DNA of 63,727 nucleotides, the filler included, from Cercozoa sp. M6MM (taxonomy: Eukaryota > Protista > Endomyxa: Ascetosporea): NCBI GenBank assembly GCA_040357565.1. It is 10 parts of 10 records of this genome, joined end to end, with 100 filler letters (N's around TTAATTAATTAA, not from the genome) between each part and the next. Parts side by side here need not be neighbours in the genome. Positions count along the whole stretch, not along the records: positions 1 to 17,195 come from JBDODJ010000268.1; 9 more parts are not named here. The stretch is one strand, 5' to 3'. Under the pieces are notes generated by a model. That model worked only from the letters and a program-made list of their open reading frames with translations, was not told where the DNA came from and searched no databases. This document shows, piece by piece, positions 1 to 12,918 of the stretch. How positions within the stretch are numbered: the first letter of the stretch is position 1; every line of letters starts with the position of its first letter. Position numbers and translations under genes: made by a program.

Positions 1-70
1 GTGTGTGTGTGTGTGCGTGTCTGTCTGGTTGTTGTGTCGGATGTGATTGTTTAATTTCAAATGTTTACAG

Positions 71-156
71 CAATTGAGGTTGTTGATCGATTACTGCAAA
101 AGCTCGACGCGCTAGAAGAAGGCACACACCACTTCAACGAGGAAGTAGTTTTACGC

Positions 157-221
<65 letters not shown>

Positions 222-1833
222 GCGGGCGCGCACACACGTGCTCAAACGGTATGCTGACTTGATTCTGTAGCCGCTCCGACCGTGGTACCGACACTTCCGG
301 GGCGAGGTACTTTTTGCCTCAACACACTTTGAGAAAGTGCGTGATGTGTTCTATGTTGCATGTTTCAGTTCGTGCCGAAGGGCAAAGACTCCTACATGCT
401 TGGAAGGTACCTTTATGCGCGGATTTTGGAACATGGAATTAATCTCGGGATGTATAGAATACAAAAAGAAGGCAAAGACAAGATTGTTGTCTCTGAGCTG
501 CCCATCGGTACGCATTGCATTGTGTAGTTCGATTTGGATCGTACCGCTGCTTTGTGTGCGATAGGTGTTAAAACAGACAATTTTCGTGAGCGCCTGAATA
601 AGCAGGTACATTTCATGAGCTTGATTTGTGTTGTTATGTTTAGTTGCATTAGTTGCTTTCCTCGGAAGGAGAGCTCAAATTGACTCGTTTTACGGAGCAG
701 CACACGTAACCAAGCCTTTATTGCGCTTTAAGTTTTCTATGTTTGTACCGTATTTCGACGGCTGCGTAGCGATCGTCACGTACACTTTGAGTTACGAGTG
801 CCAGAAGAGGAGGTTGATAACTGGGTCAAGCCTGTACGCTCAACTTTCACCCAAGTTTAACGGCTGTCGTTGCATATGGTTGTTTTTTATCATGCTCAGG
901 AGATTCTTGTCGACTTGGGTCTGAGGAAGCTGTGCAGTAGCAAAAACATGCATCTGTTTAATTCTTACGGCGCCATCAAGCGATACCAGACGGCAGAAGA
1001 TATCCTTGATGAGGTCTCTTCACATGCCGTATCTCGGGACCTTTGAAGGCACGCATTTCTATGCAGTTTTTCGAGCATCGATTGGCGCTCTACACGAAGC
1101 GAAAGGCACACCAGCTGCACAAAATAGCCGCCAAGGTATTTAGATTTAATGAACGCGAGTATGGTACATGTGCGCGCTGTTTTAATGTAGAAACGTGTGG
1201 CAGAAAACAAAGCTCGCTTCATTGAGTCAGTGGTGCCGCTCTTGAACCTAAAAGTGATGGGCATCTGTATGTCTGATGTTGTGTCGATTTAAACAGGTCC
1301 AAGGCCAGTTAGCGTTGGCTGGTCGATCGAAGAGCGAGATCATATCAGATGTTGTTGCTGCTGGAGTACGTTAAGCTGCACACGTTAATACATTTCGACA
1401 TTGATACCTTGTGTTGCGCAGTTTGATGCCAACGCGGAGAGATTTTTGGAGGAAGTTGATGTCGAGGACGTATTGGCAAACCACGACCTTAGCGTCGAAG
1501 TATACTACATTTGGGAAAGCTGCTCTTGCTCAGATTTTCTTTTGTCGTTGTTACACAGACAAACAAGGATCAGTTTGATTATTTGTTGCGCATGCCGCTG
1601 ACCACTCTCTCCGCGGTATTGTCTCTTGCGAGGAGTTTGTTCATTTTACTTTGGATGGATGCAGGAGCAAGTCAAGTCGCTCCGTGCGCGAGTTGAGGAG
1701 CTGGAAAAGGAAGAGAACAGTCTTAAACGCTCCACTGAAAGCGAGGTGTATCGTCGTGAGCTGCTCGAGCTGCGAACCTACCTCGTTGCAATGGAAGTTG
1801 ATTGATGGATATGACTTCGAAGCGGGATCGTAG
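71..1833 (+). CDS. 3' part of a multi-exon hypothetical protein gene (5' end outside the window)
   Basis: Protein-like segments are bounded by GT..AG introns, e.g. IEVVDRLLQKLDALEEGTHHFNEE, FDANAERFLEEVDVEDVLANHDLSVE, FDYLLRMPLTTLSA. The last exon ends ...DGYDFEAGS* at 1833. No family recognised. Confidence 0.45.
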
Positions 1834-2192
1834 TCGTTGCAGTCGACACGGACGAGACTCACCTCAGGTTTTGTTTAGTCACCCTGATACGGGTATGCCT
1901 GGACGCTTGCCGCTTGGGCACTCATCTGACGGCTCGCGCACTCGGGGAAGGCTTCGCACAGTTTTTGATTAGGATGGTCCGGTCTTAATGGGACTTCAAG
2001 CTGCCAGTTCTAGCGATATTGGACACTACAGTAGGCAATGATGATCCAAATTCGACGTAGATATCTTCAGTTCGCTGGCTGTCACGAACTAACGGAAAAA
2101 ACTTACTGAGTAACGCGATACGATACTGACACCGCGACGGATGCACATACATGATGATTTGTTTGAATTCGTTTTTGTAGAGTATGAACCGA

Positions 2193-4424
2193 TTACTCAA
2201 GTGTCGAGTAGATGTCTGAGTCGTCTGAGTCTTCAGAGACGTTTAATTCGCTCTCTGGGTCACTGTTTTGTGCGTTCTCAGTGATATGACGCTGCCAGTC
2301 TAGGTGACTGCGGGGGGCACGTAGCAGTTCAAAATCGTCTCCAATTCGAACAATCCCGTCTTTCCCCGCTTTAAACCTTCCATTCCGACGTGCCACAGGG
2401 TAGCCTCGTTCATGCGCCTCTTTCACCTATAGATAAACCATACCACAAGTGAAGCACCAAACGACGCGTTTGGTTCGGGGAATTTACCTGAAGGAATGCG
2501 TACTCGCGCCTCTCGTTCACCCACCGCAACAGATCGAGCCATTCTTGCGCGGAGCCGTCGTTGTCGAGCGACAGCGATGAAAATCTATGTTCAAATTCAA
2601 TGACATCTTCGAGTAGAAGATACACCCGTTCATCATCGCCCGTGCGCATTGACTGCTAAAGGAAAAAGCATTTTTGCCTGCTTTGAGTGGCTGCTTATCG
2701 TACCAAGTGCAGGGCGAAGTCGTCCACTCGTTCTCTCACGACCTCGCGCGTGGCGGTGTTTACAGCGTGTCTTCGTTGCGTAAACTCTAGTTGTTGAACC
2801 GGTCGAGCTGAACCCAGCTCTTTTCTACTTCGCTTCTCTATTTCTACAAACACGCAGACAACCCATCTAGCATCGCATGGATTCGCGTTTTCTTTAATAC
2901 CATCTATCCGAGAAAGCATGCGCTGCGATCGCTCTTCAAGCAAGTCCAGCTCATACCGCTGACGAACAAGGCGGTTCATTTCTTCTGGGGCAGTGAACGA
3001 TACGACATCTTCTGTATCGTCATCTTCAAACTTCATATCAAAAAATGACGATGCGTGATCATCCATGTCATCATTCGTCCAATGGTCTGAAATCCTCAAA
3101 TGGCTGAGGTGAGTGAAGGAAAAGGGTATAGGGACCCGCACCACCGAACGAATACTCGCTTGGTGCGTCAAACACTTCATGGAAGGTGCCATAGCTGTGC
3201 GCTGGAACGAAATGAAGATGTGCCTGCCAGTCGCAGAGTTACCACACATGATAAACTCAACTCAGACGCTGCAATCCCAAACTACCTTTGCGCGGCGTGC
3301 TCTTTCTTCGTGCAATCTTGATTGATGTTTGAAGTGAAGATGGTCGTGCAAGTCTGTCAGAATAACAATAATAGATGAGACAGATGCATCACGGCTCCGT
3401 GATACCGGTCGAATCACGGCGCCATTGTGAGGGGTGGTGCGGCAGCATAGAAGAAAATTGTATCTCGCTGGCTGCATGTCTATCAAAATCATGCAACAAC
3501 CGATGTGAGTGCCAGTTATGTTCGCGCATGTCTGCTTCCGTATCCAAAGGAACGTTTGGGTAGTCGTCTTCGCTTTACTTAAACCGTTGCAAGGGGCAAA
3601 TGTATGGACACCAACAGGAAATTGCGTTTGTACAAGAGTCGTAGATCGTATGATCTTCGTCGGTGTGCGCGTCGTTTTCCAGCAATTTCTCAGGACTTTT
3701 GGTCTCGTTGTATGTCGGAAGTACAAACCACTTTCTTCTGCCCGCGTATCCCAGTTCACCGGGACGGCCTCTCACCAATACCTTCGTCCAATATCTTACT
3801 TGTGTCTGTTCTTACTTCCAAATGTAAATGTAAACAAGTACCGAAGCTTGATCGTTTCGCAACAGAGTTCGACCCTTAAGAGACGGTTCGACGTCGACCG
3901 ATTCTTCTGACTCTAAAATGCTCAGTATTTTGTTCTGCTCCACGAAGTATGTTCACTGTAATGTCAAGAATTTACCAGTGTCTTCATCTTGGACAGAATC
4001 GATAACAAGTACGTCGTCGCTTTTCATGGAAGCGTTCGGCGGCAAGTTGCTCGCGAACTTAAGCTCGTGCAAGATACGGGAAATTTCTTGGTTGGAATTG
4101 TGCACATAACCCCACTCCGCGTCGTTCGCAACTGCTTCTTCATCAACACTGCTTTTGCTTGATAGATTTAGTGGCTTGCATGACCCTATCCGTTCCATAA
4201 TCAACATTAGGTCTAAAACACTCGTTGTATCACGTTTTGCGGAGGATTGTACCTATATGACCTTCTCGCGCAGTCTGATAGTAGCCTGTGGGACAACGAT
4301 CATGAACAACAAAGCGCGCATCGTCCACGTCGTGCCAGTGATCCCCTGGTAAGCCAACACGCCTCCATTGAGGAGAAATCAAGACACCGCGCACGCGTAA
4401 AGGCACGCGCTTTTTGTTGCTCAT
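2193..4424 (-). CDS. multi-exon hypothetical protein
   Basis: In-phase splicing can be followed: DLHDHLHFKHQSRLHEERARRAK|AHLHFVPAHSYGTFHEVFDAPSEYSFGGA|DHWTNDDMD..., ...FALHL|QSMRTGDDERVY...AFLQ|VKEAHERGY...STLE*. Putative ATG at 4424 (MSNKKRVPLR). Confidence 0.55.
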
Positions 4425-4579
4425 GACGACAGTTTCTTCCGTGCTGGAAAAGACAAGTTTGTTGAGAGAGTGTCTCTTAATATTTCTGAAAAGAAACATG
4501 TACCTTTGCTGAAGCGCCAAGACGCGATGCAGTTGCAACTGGTTGTCAAGTTCGGTCGACGAAAATTGTATATTAACTG

Positions 4580-6547
4580 TCATGTAGTTTGTGCCTCGCT
4601 TTGCGATATCGACGGCGAGGGTGAGAGGCGAAAGAACAACGTGTCTGCTGCTCGTTCTTTGCCCTGCTTGTATTCGTTAAACTCAGACCACAATGACGAT
4701 AGATAGCGTGGACATAAATGGAGGTTACCAGTATCATGTGCACGTACCCATCGAAGCATCAGGCGGCCAAAGGGCTCAGAGGGATTGCTCACCCCGAGAA
4801 TGTTTGACAATGCAAGAGTTAAACTGTGCGTTTGACCAAACAAGCACCAATGTCGGCCAGAAGAGACACCGTCGATCAACCTGTTTTTAATATAATATAA
4901 TCTATGAAACGATTCACTGCAAGAAAACACAAGCCAAAAAGCAGCACGGGCATACCTTGAAAAAAGCCCACTGTGAACCAACCTCACACCGAAGCACTGA
5001 GGCAGAGTGCGATCATACTGAAACTACAAAAAAGGGGATCGCAAACAAAAATACTGACAGGAAATAGAAAGATTGACGCTACTTTTCCCGTCTCAAAGTA
5101 AGGAGGCACGCAATTCAAACCCGTGTTGTCGTTTAAGTCAACGCCGGTGAGATTATGATCTTCTTTTAAGAGGTCAAACGTATATGCCACAGAAACGCGA
5201 AGATGGAAAGAGCGCAAATACGAAAAAGCGACAAAAGGTCCCATGTGATTGCTTGAGTCAGCCTGTTGTGTGCGAGGGACACAGTTTTCAATGAAGGAAG
5301 GTAGTTTAGCCCTTCAATATTCCGCAGCTCATTGGAGGACAGGTCCAACGACTCGAGATGGTGTGGGAAAAAATCTGCACATGACCAGAGAGATAGATCG
5401 GAGTGACAAGCACCTTCCCTCCCACATAAGCATTTTTGACAGCTTATTCAGGTACCTTTGTGAGCAAAGACCGCCAAAGTGGAAAAATCCGTCAAGTCGC
5501 AGTGCTGAATCGACAATTCTCGCAGGCTTGAAGCCTGTAAGAGCACGCTCTTGTGTGCTTAAAAGTACGCAGCTAACCGCACCTTTTTAAGCAGTCCGTG
5601 GGACAAATGGCCGATATGCAAACCTGCCAAGTGCAGATTCTGTAGCTGGGGCAAATCAAACAGCCCATCCGGCAAACGCACAAATGCCTACATGAAATGC
5701 ACAGCAGGAAGGAAATACGTTCTCAAAAGCAAACAGTACCGCTGAGCGATGATGACGCCTCACATGCCCGCTTATCAGACCGACCCGCACCTCAAGTGAT
5801 ACGAGGTTGTGGAGGTGCGCAAACAGTCTTGGCACTGCAACCCACGAGCCATCACATTTGTCACAGAGCTGAGCAGCACAGATACCTAATCATCAATCGA
5901 CAGCATGGGTGACATCGATAATTTACCAATCTTAAATGACGCAACTGAGAAGTTTGTTGAAACAATAGAGCAGGCAAAGGTGAGGCGAAAGACGCGTCGT
6001 CATCAAAGTGTATTGCGAGTTCAAAAAAACGCAACTCACGTGCCTGGTGCAGTAACGTTTCAGACAGCTGAAAGATAGAACTTGCACCTTGCACCACTCG
6101 AAAGTGCAAAGTCAACGAGCGGAGTGTTGATGGCAAGTACAAACATTCCTTTTCACCTCCTAACAATAACACCAGTGAGACAGCACAACTAGCAAGAATA
6201 AAGCAACAGCGATACGTTATATCTACCAAGCTCACCTAAGCGGCAGTGCTGTGGCATTTTCAAGGCCATGCTCTGGGATACACGCAATCGAAGGTCTGCT
6301 TCATGAAGGTCAATGAGAGGGCGTAAGAAGTCCAGGGGAACTTCGTTCTCCGCACAGCTGCGGGTATTCCCTCGCATAGCCAAGGAGACATACTGAAGCT
6401 GACTCAATGGCGCGAAAATTCCTGCTTTATTCTCAATAAGATACTCGGGTGCGAGCGAGCGTGCGCGTATATATACCTATATATATATATATATCTAGAC
6501 ATACTTATATATATATATACCTATACTACATACTTCTGCATATCTAA

Positions 6548-6595
<48 letters not shown>

Positions 6596-7244
6596 ATATG
6601 TATATCTACATATGTGTGTATGTCTATATACATATGTGTGTATGTATATACACATATGTGTATGTGAGAGCGTGTGTGTGTGTGTGTGTTACCTGGGGGT
6701 AATCCACATTGTGTCGACAAACGTAATTCCGTCAGCCGCGCCCAATTGCTTCGACCGAACATATTTGTGGGCAAAACTGCTCAAATGAATGCAAAATTGA
6801 TGCACACCCTCTGTGAATTACTGTCGCGAAGCATACTCGATGCACGCAGGTCGAGTGTTAGTGCTCTCGCAGTCCTCTCCCAGTCCCCGAACAGCCCCGC
6901 TGGAATGGCCGCTGCGTCATTGTCCAGCCGCACCGTTAAGCTCTGTAGTGACTTGTTGCTAGGCAGAATGACATTTTTCTGGGCTTGAAAAACTATAATG
7001 CACCTCTCGCTGAGATGATGTGGCTCGAGAGAAAGGCACAAGAGCAAGGGATTTGGTCCACACACGCAAAGTGACCGTTGTTCGTCTGCACGACCAAGCA
7101 CACCTTGCTCCTGAAATACATCCAAACGTTTGCAAGCCTGATAATACTGTTTCAGGTCACGATACCTTCCTCACAAACCCGATCAAGGTCACCGCAAAAT
7201 GCAACAGCAGCCGAGCACAATGCGGCCAGCAAAGTGATGAGCAT
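4580..7244 (-). CDS. secreted or surface leucine-rich repeat protein (multi-exon)
   Basis: LRR motifs [29 protein letters not shown] (5166-5348), LTELRLS and LQSLTVRL. Putative signal peptide [17 protein letters not shown] from ATG 7244. The 3' boundary is approximate. Confidence 0.6.
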
Positions 7245-7315
7245 CTGTTCGATTCCTAATGGTTCGGTTTTGACATGTTTAAAACTGTCCTGCATTTGCC
7301 TGAATCGCAGATGCT

Positions 7316-7458
7316 AAAACCAAAAAAAGGCAAAAACCCAAAAAAAAAAAAACACAAAAACCAAAAAAGGCAAAAACAAAAAAAAGGCAAAAACCAAAAA
7401 AGGCAAAAACCCAAAAAAAAAACACAAAAACCAAAAAAGGCTAAAACAAAAAAAAAAC
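7316..7458. repeat. A-rich imperfect tandem repeat (CAAAAAAAGGCAAAAAC-like)
   Basis: Visible directly in the sequence, upstream of the LRR gene start. Confidence 0.9.
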
Positions 7459-7578
7459 GCAGAATGCTATCCACTACAGTACAAACAAGAACTAAAGTCT
7501 CCAACAAAGAGTGCTAAGGCGTGTCAGCGTTCTAAACGTGTGATCTCGTACCTTGGGCAGCCATTTGCAGCCGCTGTG

Positions 7579-10500
7579 ATGCGCCGGCTGCTGGCACATT
7601 TGCATCTCTTGGCGAAGAGCATGCGATCGGTCGATGAGGAGTGAGTTTATCGCAGTCTTTTGACTAATATAAGTGACTTGTGCTGTGGCGGTACAGTGTG
7701 GTGCAGATGCTGGGCGAGGCTCCGCTTTTCACCTTGCGTTTGCCGAGCGTACACCCTCCGAGTTCCCTGTCCGGCTTGTGGTCCAAAGTGTTTGTGCAGG
7801 AGATGCTTATTATTACCGCTTCATCGCGAATCGCACTTTTGCAAGCGAATCGTGTTGCCCCATTGGCCGATGTGTCAGGTATACTCTAAGATACAAGACG
7901 CGCTTAAAATGTGTGGTGAATCTTTGTTTCTAACTAACCCGCATTTGCAGTGGAGGTGCATGGTGAGGTCATTTCGTACAAATGGCCTGGTCAACAACGG
8001 TATAAATATACATGGTGGTACGAGTGCGTGGTGCACATTATATAATTTAGGGAGCAGTTCACCGTCTTGACAGAGAGTGCGAATTTACTGCGCTTTTGCT
8101 TATCCTTGTACGTCATACACTAAATTTCGTATGTGCGTGCGAGTGTTTGTTTGTCTGTGTGTATTTGTTTTGTTATTTGAACCGAAGAGCACGTGGGACG
8201 TGTGAGAGCTTGAAGAACGCTGACACATTTGTCAGTATTGCGACTGTCATACAGGTTCAGAATCCCGACACTTTTGTGTTTTCAGGTGTCATGTACGCTG
8301 TAGCTTCTCCTTGACAACTGCAATGTTCAAGACATCGAGGATGTGGACGATGTGTCTGCTCTGTCGCCGCAGCAGATGGCGCAACTTCGCGCCATATCTG
8401 CTGGTGATAGCTTTCGTTTCGTGTACCCATGTTTCCGTTGTATTCGGTTGTTCAGAGGGCTACGGGCAGTTGCTACGCGAGTCATTGCGTCGCTTAGTTC
8501 TGTCCAGTTTCGATAAAAGCATGGGCTCAACGATGTCGCGTGTACATGTTGACGCTACTGTTGGTACCTTTTTATGCTTTTTATTGATTTGGGGGGTTGC
8601 ACTGTCTGTTTCCAGAGTTGCCGCCGTTAAACGACGGACAGGCCCAAATGTTGGCGGATTTCTTGCTCGAGCACGCCAACTCATTGGGTTTCCTTCTTGG
8701 GGTCTTTTTTAATTCTTTTACAATTATCAAACATCTTATGTAGACGAAGTTCCTCAATGGCACAGTCATTTGACGCAGTCACTCGACGAAGTTAGCTGCT
8801 TTGTTTTGTGCTCTGTGGTGGAAGATGTTCTGTGTGTCAGTAGGCACGCACTCAAGCTCAACAACAAGAACGAAATGCGGTTTTTCTTGTTCTCAACAGA
8901 CAGAAAATTCAGCAGGAACATCAGACGGGTTACGAAGGCTGCACTGCTGCGGCCTTGGAACAACTGGTTTTCCTTTTGTTCAGTGAGACTGTTCCAAAAC
9001 GAATCTTGTTCTGCAAATGCACAGCACGAGTCGATTACGCGACAAAGTGGCAAAATGGTGTCGGCAAAAACGGCGCTGGTGGGTTTATTGAGTTTTTTCG
9101 TCGGCTGTCTCATAAGCATCTTGATTGTTTTTTTTTAAAGCTCGGACTCTCCTCGCGTGATGCCGCCCGACATGCGCGAAAACAAAATATGATAGCTCTT
9201 CGAAGCGCGTTGATGGCTCAGCTTGCGCGTGGTGACGTTGATTCTAACACTGTGGTACGATTCGGTCTTAGTTTCTTAGGTTTATGCAGTGGCGAGTATT
9301 GCTGGTACATAGGTGACATTGCAAAAAGCTGCAAATGGGGTTTCAACCGCTGCTACTGCGCTAAGACTGGCCGAGGTATCGACATGAGATGGGGTTTTGT
9401 GTGCTTCAATTCCGTATGCATTTTTTTGACTCTTTTTTTGTTAGGCCATCAAGGTTGTGATAAAACGACACCGTTCGCTTGGCTTGGAAGATTCTACCGT
9501 GAGCATCATCATATCATCGAGCATCGTCCTGTCAGAATTTTTTTTTTTTTTGCTGAGTAGCAACCCTCGTTGCCCGCTGAAGCAAAAAAAGATTTGCGCA
9601 ACCAATACCAGCGGCTGGTGGTACCGTTTTAATTTGTGTCCTGCTTTTCGTGGGATTTTTGGATAGGTATCTGCCGCCACCGACGTAGTCGAGACAGTGC
9701 GTGCCCGCTTGGCTAATTCTGCATCAATGGGTACCGATTTCTTTCCACGCTAAAATGCAGATACCGCACTTCTTGTAGCCGGCCCTTCGATGGGCCAAAC
9801 CTGGTCTCGGATTGATGAAGAGTACTGGCAAGGACACTCGCTTCGCTTGCATTGTGAAGCTGCGGTGCTTGTACGTTTTATCACTTGATTTAGAGGTGAA
9901 TGAGTCGTTTGTTTTTATTTGACCGACTCTGTCCTCTGATTGCCTTTATTTTTCAAACAGGATATCATGGATGATACGACGCGAGCGATGTTGGAGCAAT
10001 TGCGACCATCGTGGCCTGCTGCGCTTCACTCGGAAATCACTAAGGTTTCGCCTGTGCTGCAGGCGTTTCTTGGATCCGGTAAAATCATGTTTCAATGTAG
10101 CTAAGCAAAAATCGCAATACTCGTAGTATATTGTAGAAACGGATGGCGTACTGACCGAAATGCGACGTTTACATCACGAATACATGGTGTTTTAGTGTAT
10201 CTATCCTCTGATCGCTCGCATTTTTCTGTTCATGTAGGAGCATGTCACAGCCTTTTACGATAGAAGCATTACCCAGCGAAAGGAAGGTACCCTTTTCTTT
10301 ATTTTTCGCTGGTGTCGAGCGGCTTGTGGCTGTAGCGCTGCGAAAGGCAGCGAAGCACTGGGTGGCAAAATCAGTGCACCGCCAATCTCTAACTCACGCC
10401 CCACTTTTCAACTTGGGTGCAACATCGGCTCCACAGAACTCACCTGGTACAGACATTTTTGGGATGCGGATTTCGCGCCATTTGTCAGCATCAAAATCGA

Positions 10501-12489
10501 CATTATCCGTCTTGTTTACGTTTGATTTTATCAATTTTTGCTCTGTAGAGGCATTTGATAAGGATCACTTGCCGCCTGCCAGCTCTGCTGCAATACTTCT
10601 TTTAGATTCGTTGCGTATGTGTGTCTGCGAAGCTGCGTGCTTGCGCCTATTTGAAGGTGTGCATCAAACAGCTGATTGGCTTTTTAAATTGTAGCTACCT
10701 GTTTTTCTCAGGCTCGGCAGAAAGTCTGTCCATGGTCCTGGAACCCTTGACGGACCAGTGCTCTGCGTTGTTTAAAGAGTGTAGCGGTATGGGTGATCGC
10801 GACGCCGTTTCGTTATTGGCTCATATGCACCACCTGCAAAGTCTTCTTGAAGAGCATTGTTCCACTGAGGAGACAAACTGGGCACTGTTCCTTTTTGAGC
10901 GCTGCAGGTACTCGCCATTATCGCAGGTCTGGTCTTTGAGCAGCGTTCTGTCTTTTGCTGCTATCAGCAATGCCGCGTCTTCTGCGTGGAAAGCTCGACT
11001 TGAGACACATCTGAACGTAATTCGAAACTACCGTCTCTGCAGTACTCGCCCGCGTGTCGGTTTGACCGCTATCAGTGAGCTTGTGAGGCGAATTCCGTCT
11101 TTTCTCGCGCACTTGTGCCCTGTGTACTTTCTGTTCTGCCTGCTGTCGTGAATATCTAATCAACATAAAATATCTACATTGTGTTTCTTGCAGGTCTGCA
11201 AGCCCTGCTGCTCCGCTGATTAAAGCGACGTTGCAGTGGATCCAACGAGCTGCGTTGGCAGATGACGTCAAATATGCTCACTTGTTCACGTTGCAGCAGT
11301 TGCGCTTCTTGGCCTTGTCACTTCTGTCACTGCACCAGCTCGACTTTGACCAAATTGCTCTCGATGTGTACGTTACGCAGTTTAGTCTGACTGATTGTAT
11401 GTGTCTGTCTCTGCGTCTCTGTGGCGCTGTGGAAGTATTTTCATCTTTAGGTATGCGAGATATCGACGACACTTACTTTGTTACGTCGACTGGCATATTG
11501 CTTACGCGTTGGATGGGATGGAATCCAACGGAACTGTCTCTCGTGTGCGTTTCAACTTTTTCGTGCTTTCATGGACATTTTCATCCCTTTTTTGACAGAA
11601 GCTCAGGTGGATGAAGCGAAGTGACAAGAAAAGCAGTGTTGTTGATGAAGGGTATCGGCCGAATGCTCTGTCAATCAGAGGTACATGTGTACCAACAGAC
11701 ACGGTTTTGCGTTTTTTTGGTAGGGATGACAGCGAGGAGCAGTCTTTAGAAGAAGATTTGCAAAAAAGTGAATTGCTGGCTGCGGATACCGCATTCAACA
11801 TCGACCTCCTCCGTTTATCGTTTGCCTCGATCGAGAAGGCCTCAAATCCTCCTTCTAGCACCAACGAGGACAGTCTCACATATCCATCGCACCGCATTGT
11901 CCTCCGAGGCGGCGTTGATCTGCAGTCTGTGGATACCGAGCTTTCCATGGCGTTGGCATGCATGCGCACCACCGATACGTCACCACCGGTACTGTCTATG
12001 TGTCTGTGGTTCTGTGTTTGTGTATGTGTGTGTGTGTGTGTGTCTGTGAATTTGTGTAGCACGTGCTTCCGCTGCGTGGGCCTGGAGCACTTGAGTTGCA
12101 TGGCGAGCTCGATTTGAAGAAAAAGCTTCCTTGCGCGTGGACAGTATGTTCGGTGCTGCGACGCGAGGTGTCTCGTCTCCTCGATTCGGACACCTTCACA
12201 ATAGGGGAACCCTTGTCTCCACGATTGTGTCAACGTGTTCAACTCCATCCGCTGCTGTCACTGGCGTCTGTGCATCACACAGCTAGCAGCTTGAGTGAGA
12301 CTTCTCAGCGCAAATTGGTGAGCTTTGATCGAGGATGCATGCTGACTCGAAACCTGGTGGTGTTGTGCAGATTCAAATCGTAGCGAGGCGTATATGCAAG
12401 CACTTTCCTTTTCCGAGTCATGCGTCTGGACAGGTAAAACTGTTGTATTGCATCTTGATCGAGGCTTTTAACAACACTTTGTTTTTTGC

Positions 12490-12554
<65 letters not shown>

Positions 12555-12881
12555 ATCGTCAGGATGTTGAATATGCTACTCGCATGCGTGACTTGGTGTG
12601 GGCGTGTGTGAGAGCTCGCTACTGCGACGAAGTTCACATTTTGTACAGTTCCTTTGGTGTTGTCATTTGTTCGTATTGTGCTTGTGCGCGTGTGTGTGCG
12701 TGTGTGTGTGTGCGCGTGTGTGTGGTGTGTGTGTGTGGTGTGTGTGTGTAGATGTTTGTTTATGGGTAGTGCCAGATTGGCGATTCAGGTGTACAGAGAG
12801 CACGAAGATCTTGTTTTGGCTTTACGACTACTGACCAACAGTGAAAGATTCTGGCCTCCTTCGGTTGGGTTGGCATGTTGA
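7579..12881 (+). CDS. large multi-exon hypothetical (largely helical) protein
   Basis: Many + strand protein-like exons between GT-AG introns, e.g. LEPLTDQCSALFKECSGMGDRDAVSLLAHMHHL..., LQWIQRAALADDVKYAHLFTLQQLRFLAL... The last exon ends ...DLVLALRLLTNSERFWPPSVGLAC* at 12881. The start is uncertain and this could be more than one gene. Confidence 0.45.
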
Positions 12882-12918
12882 AGTTAGTCGAGTTAGCTGA
12901 GTCTTATATGAACCAACG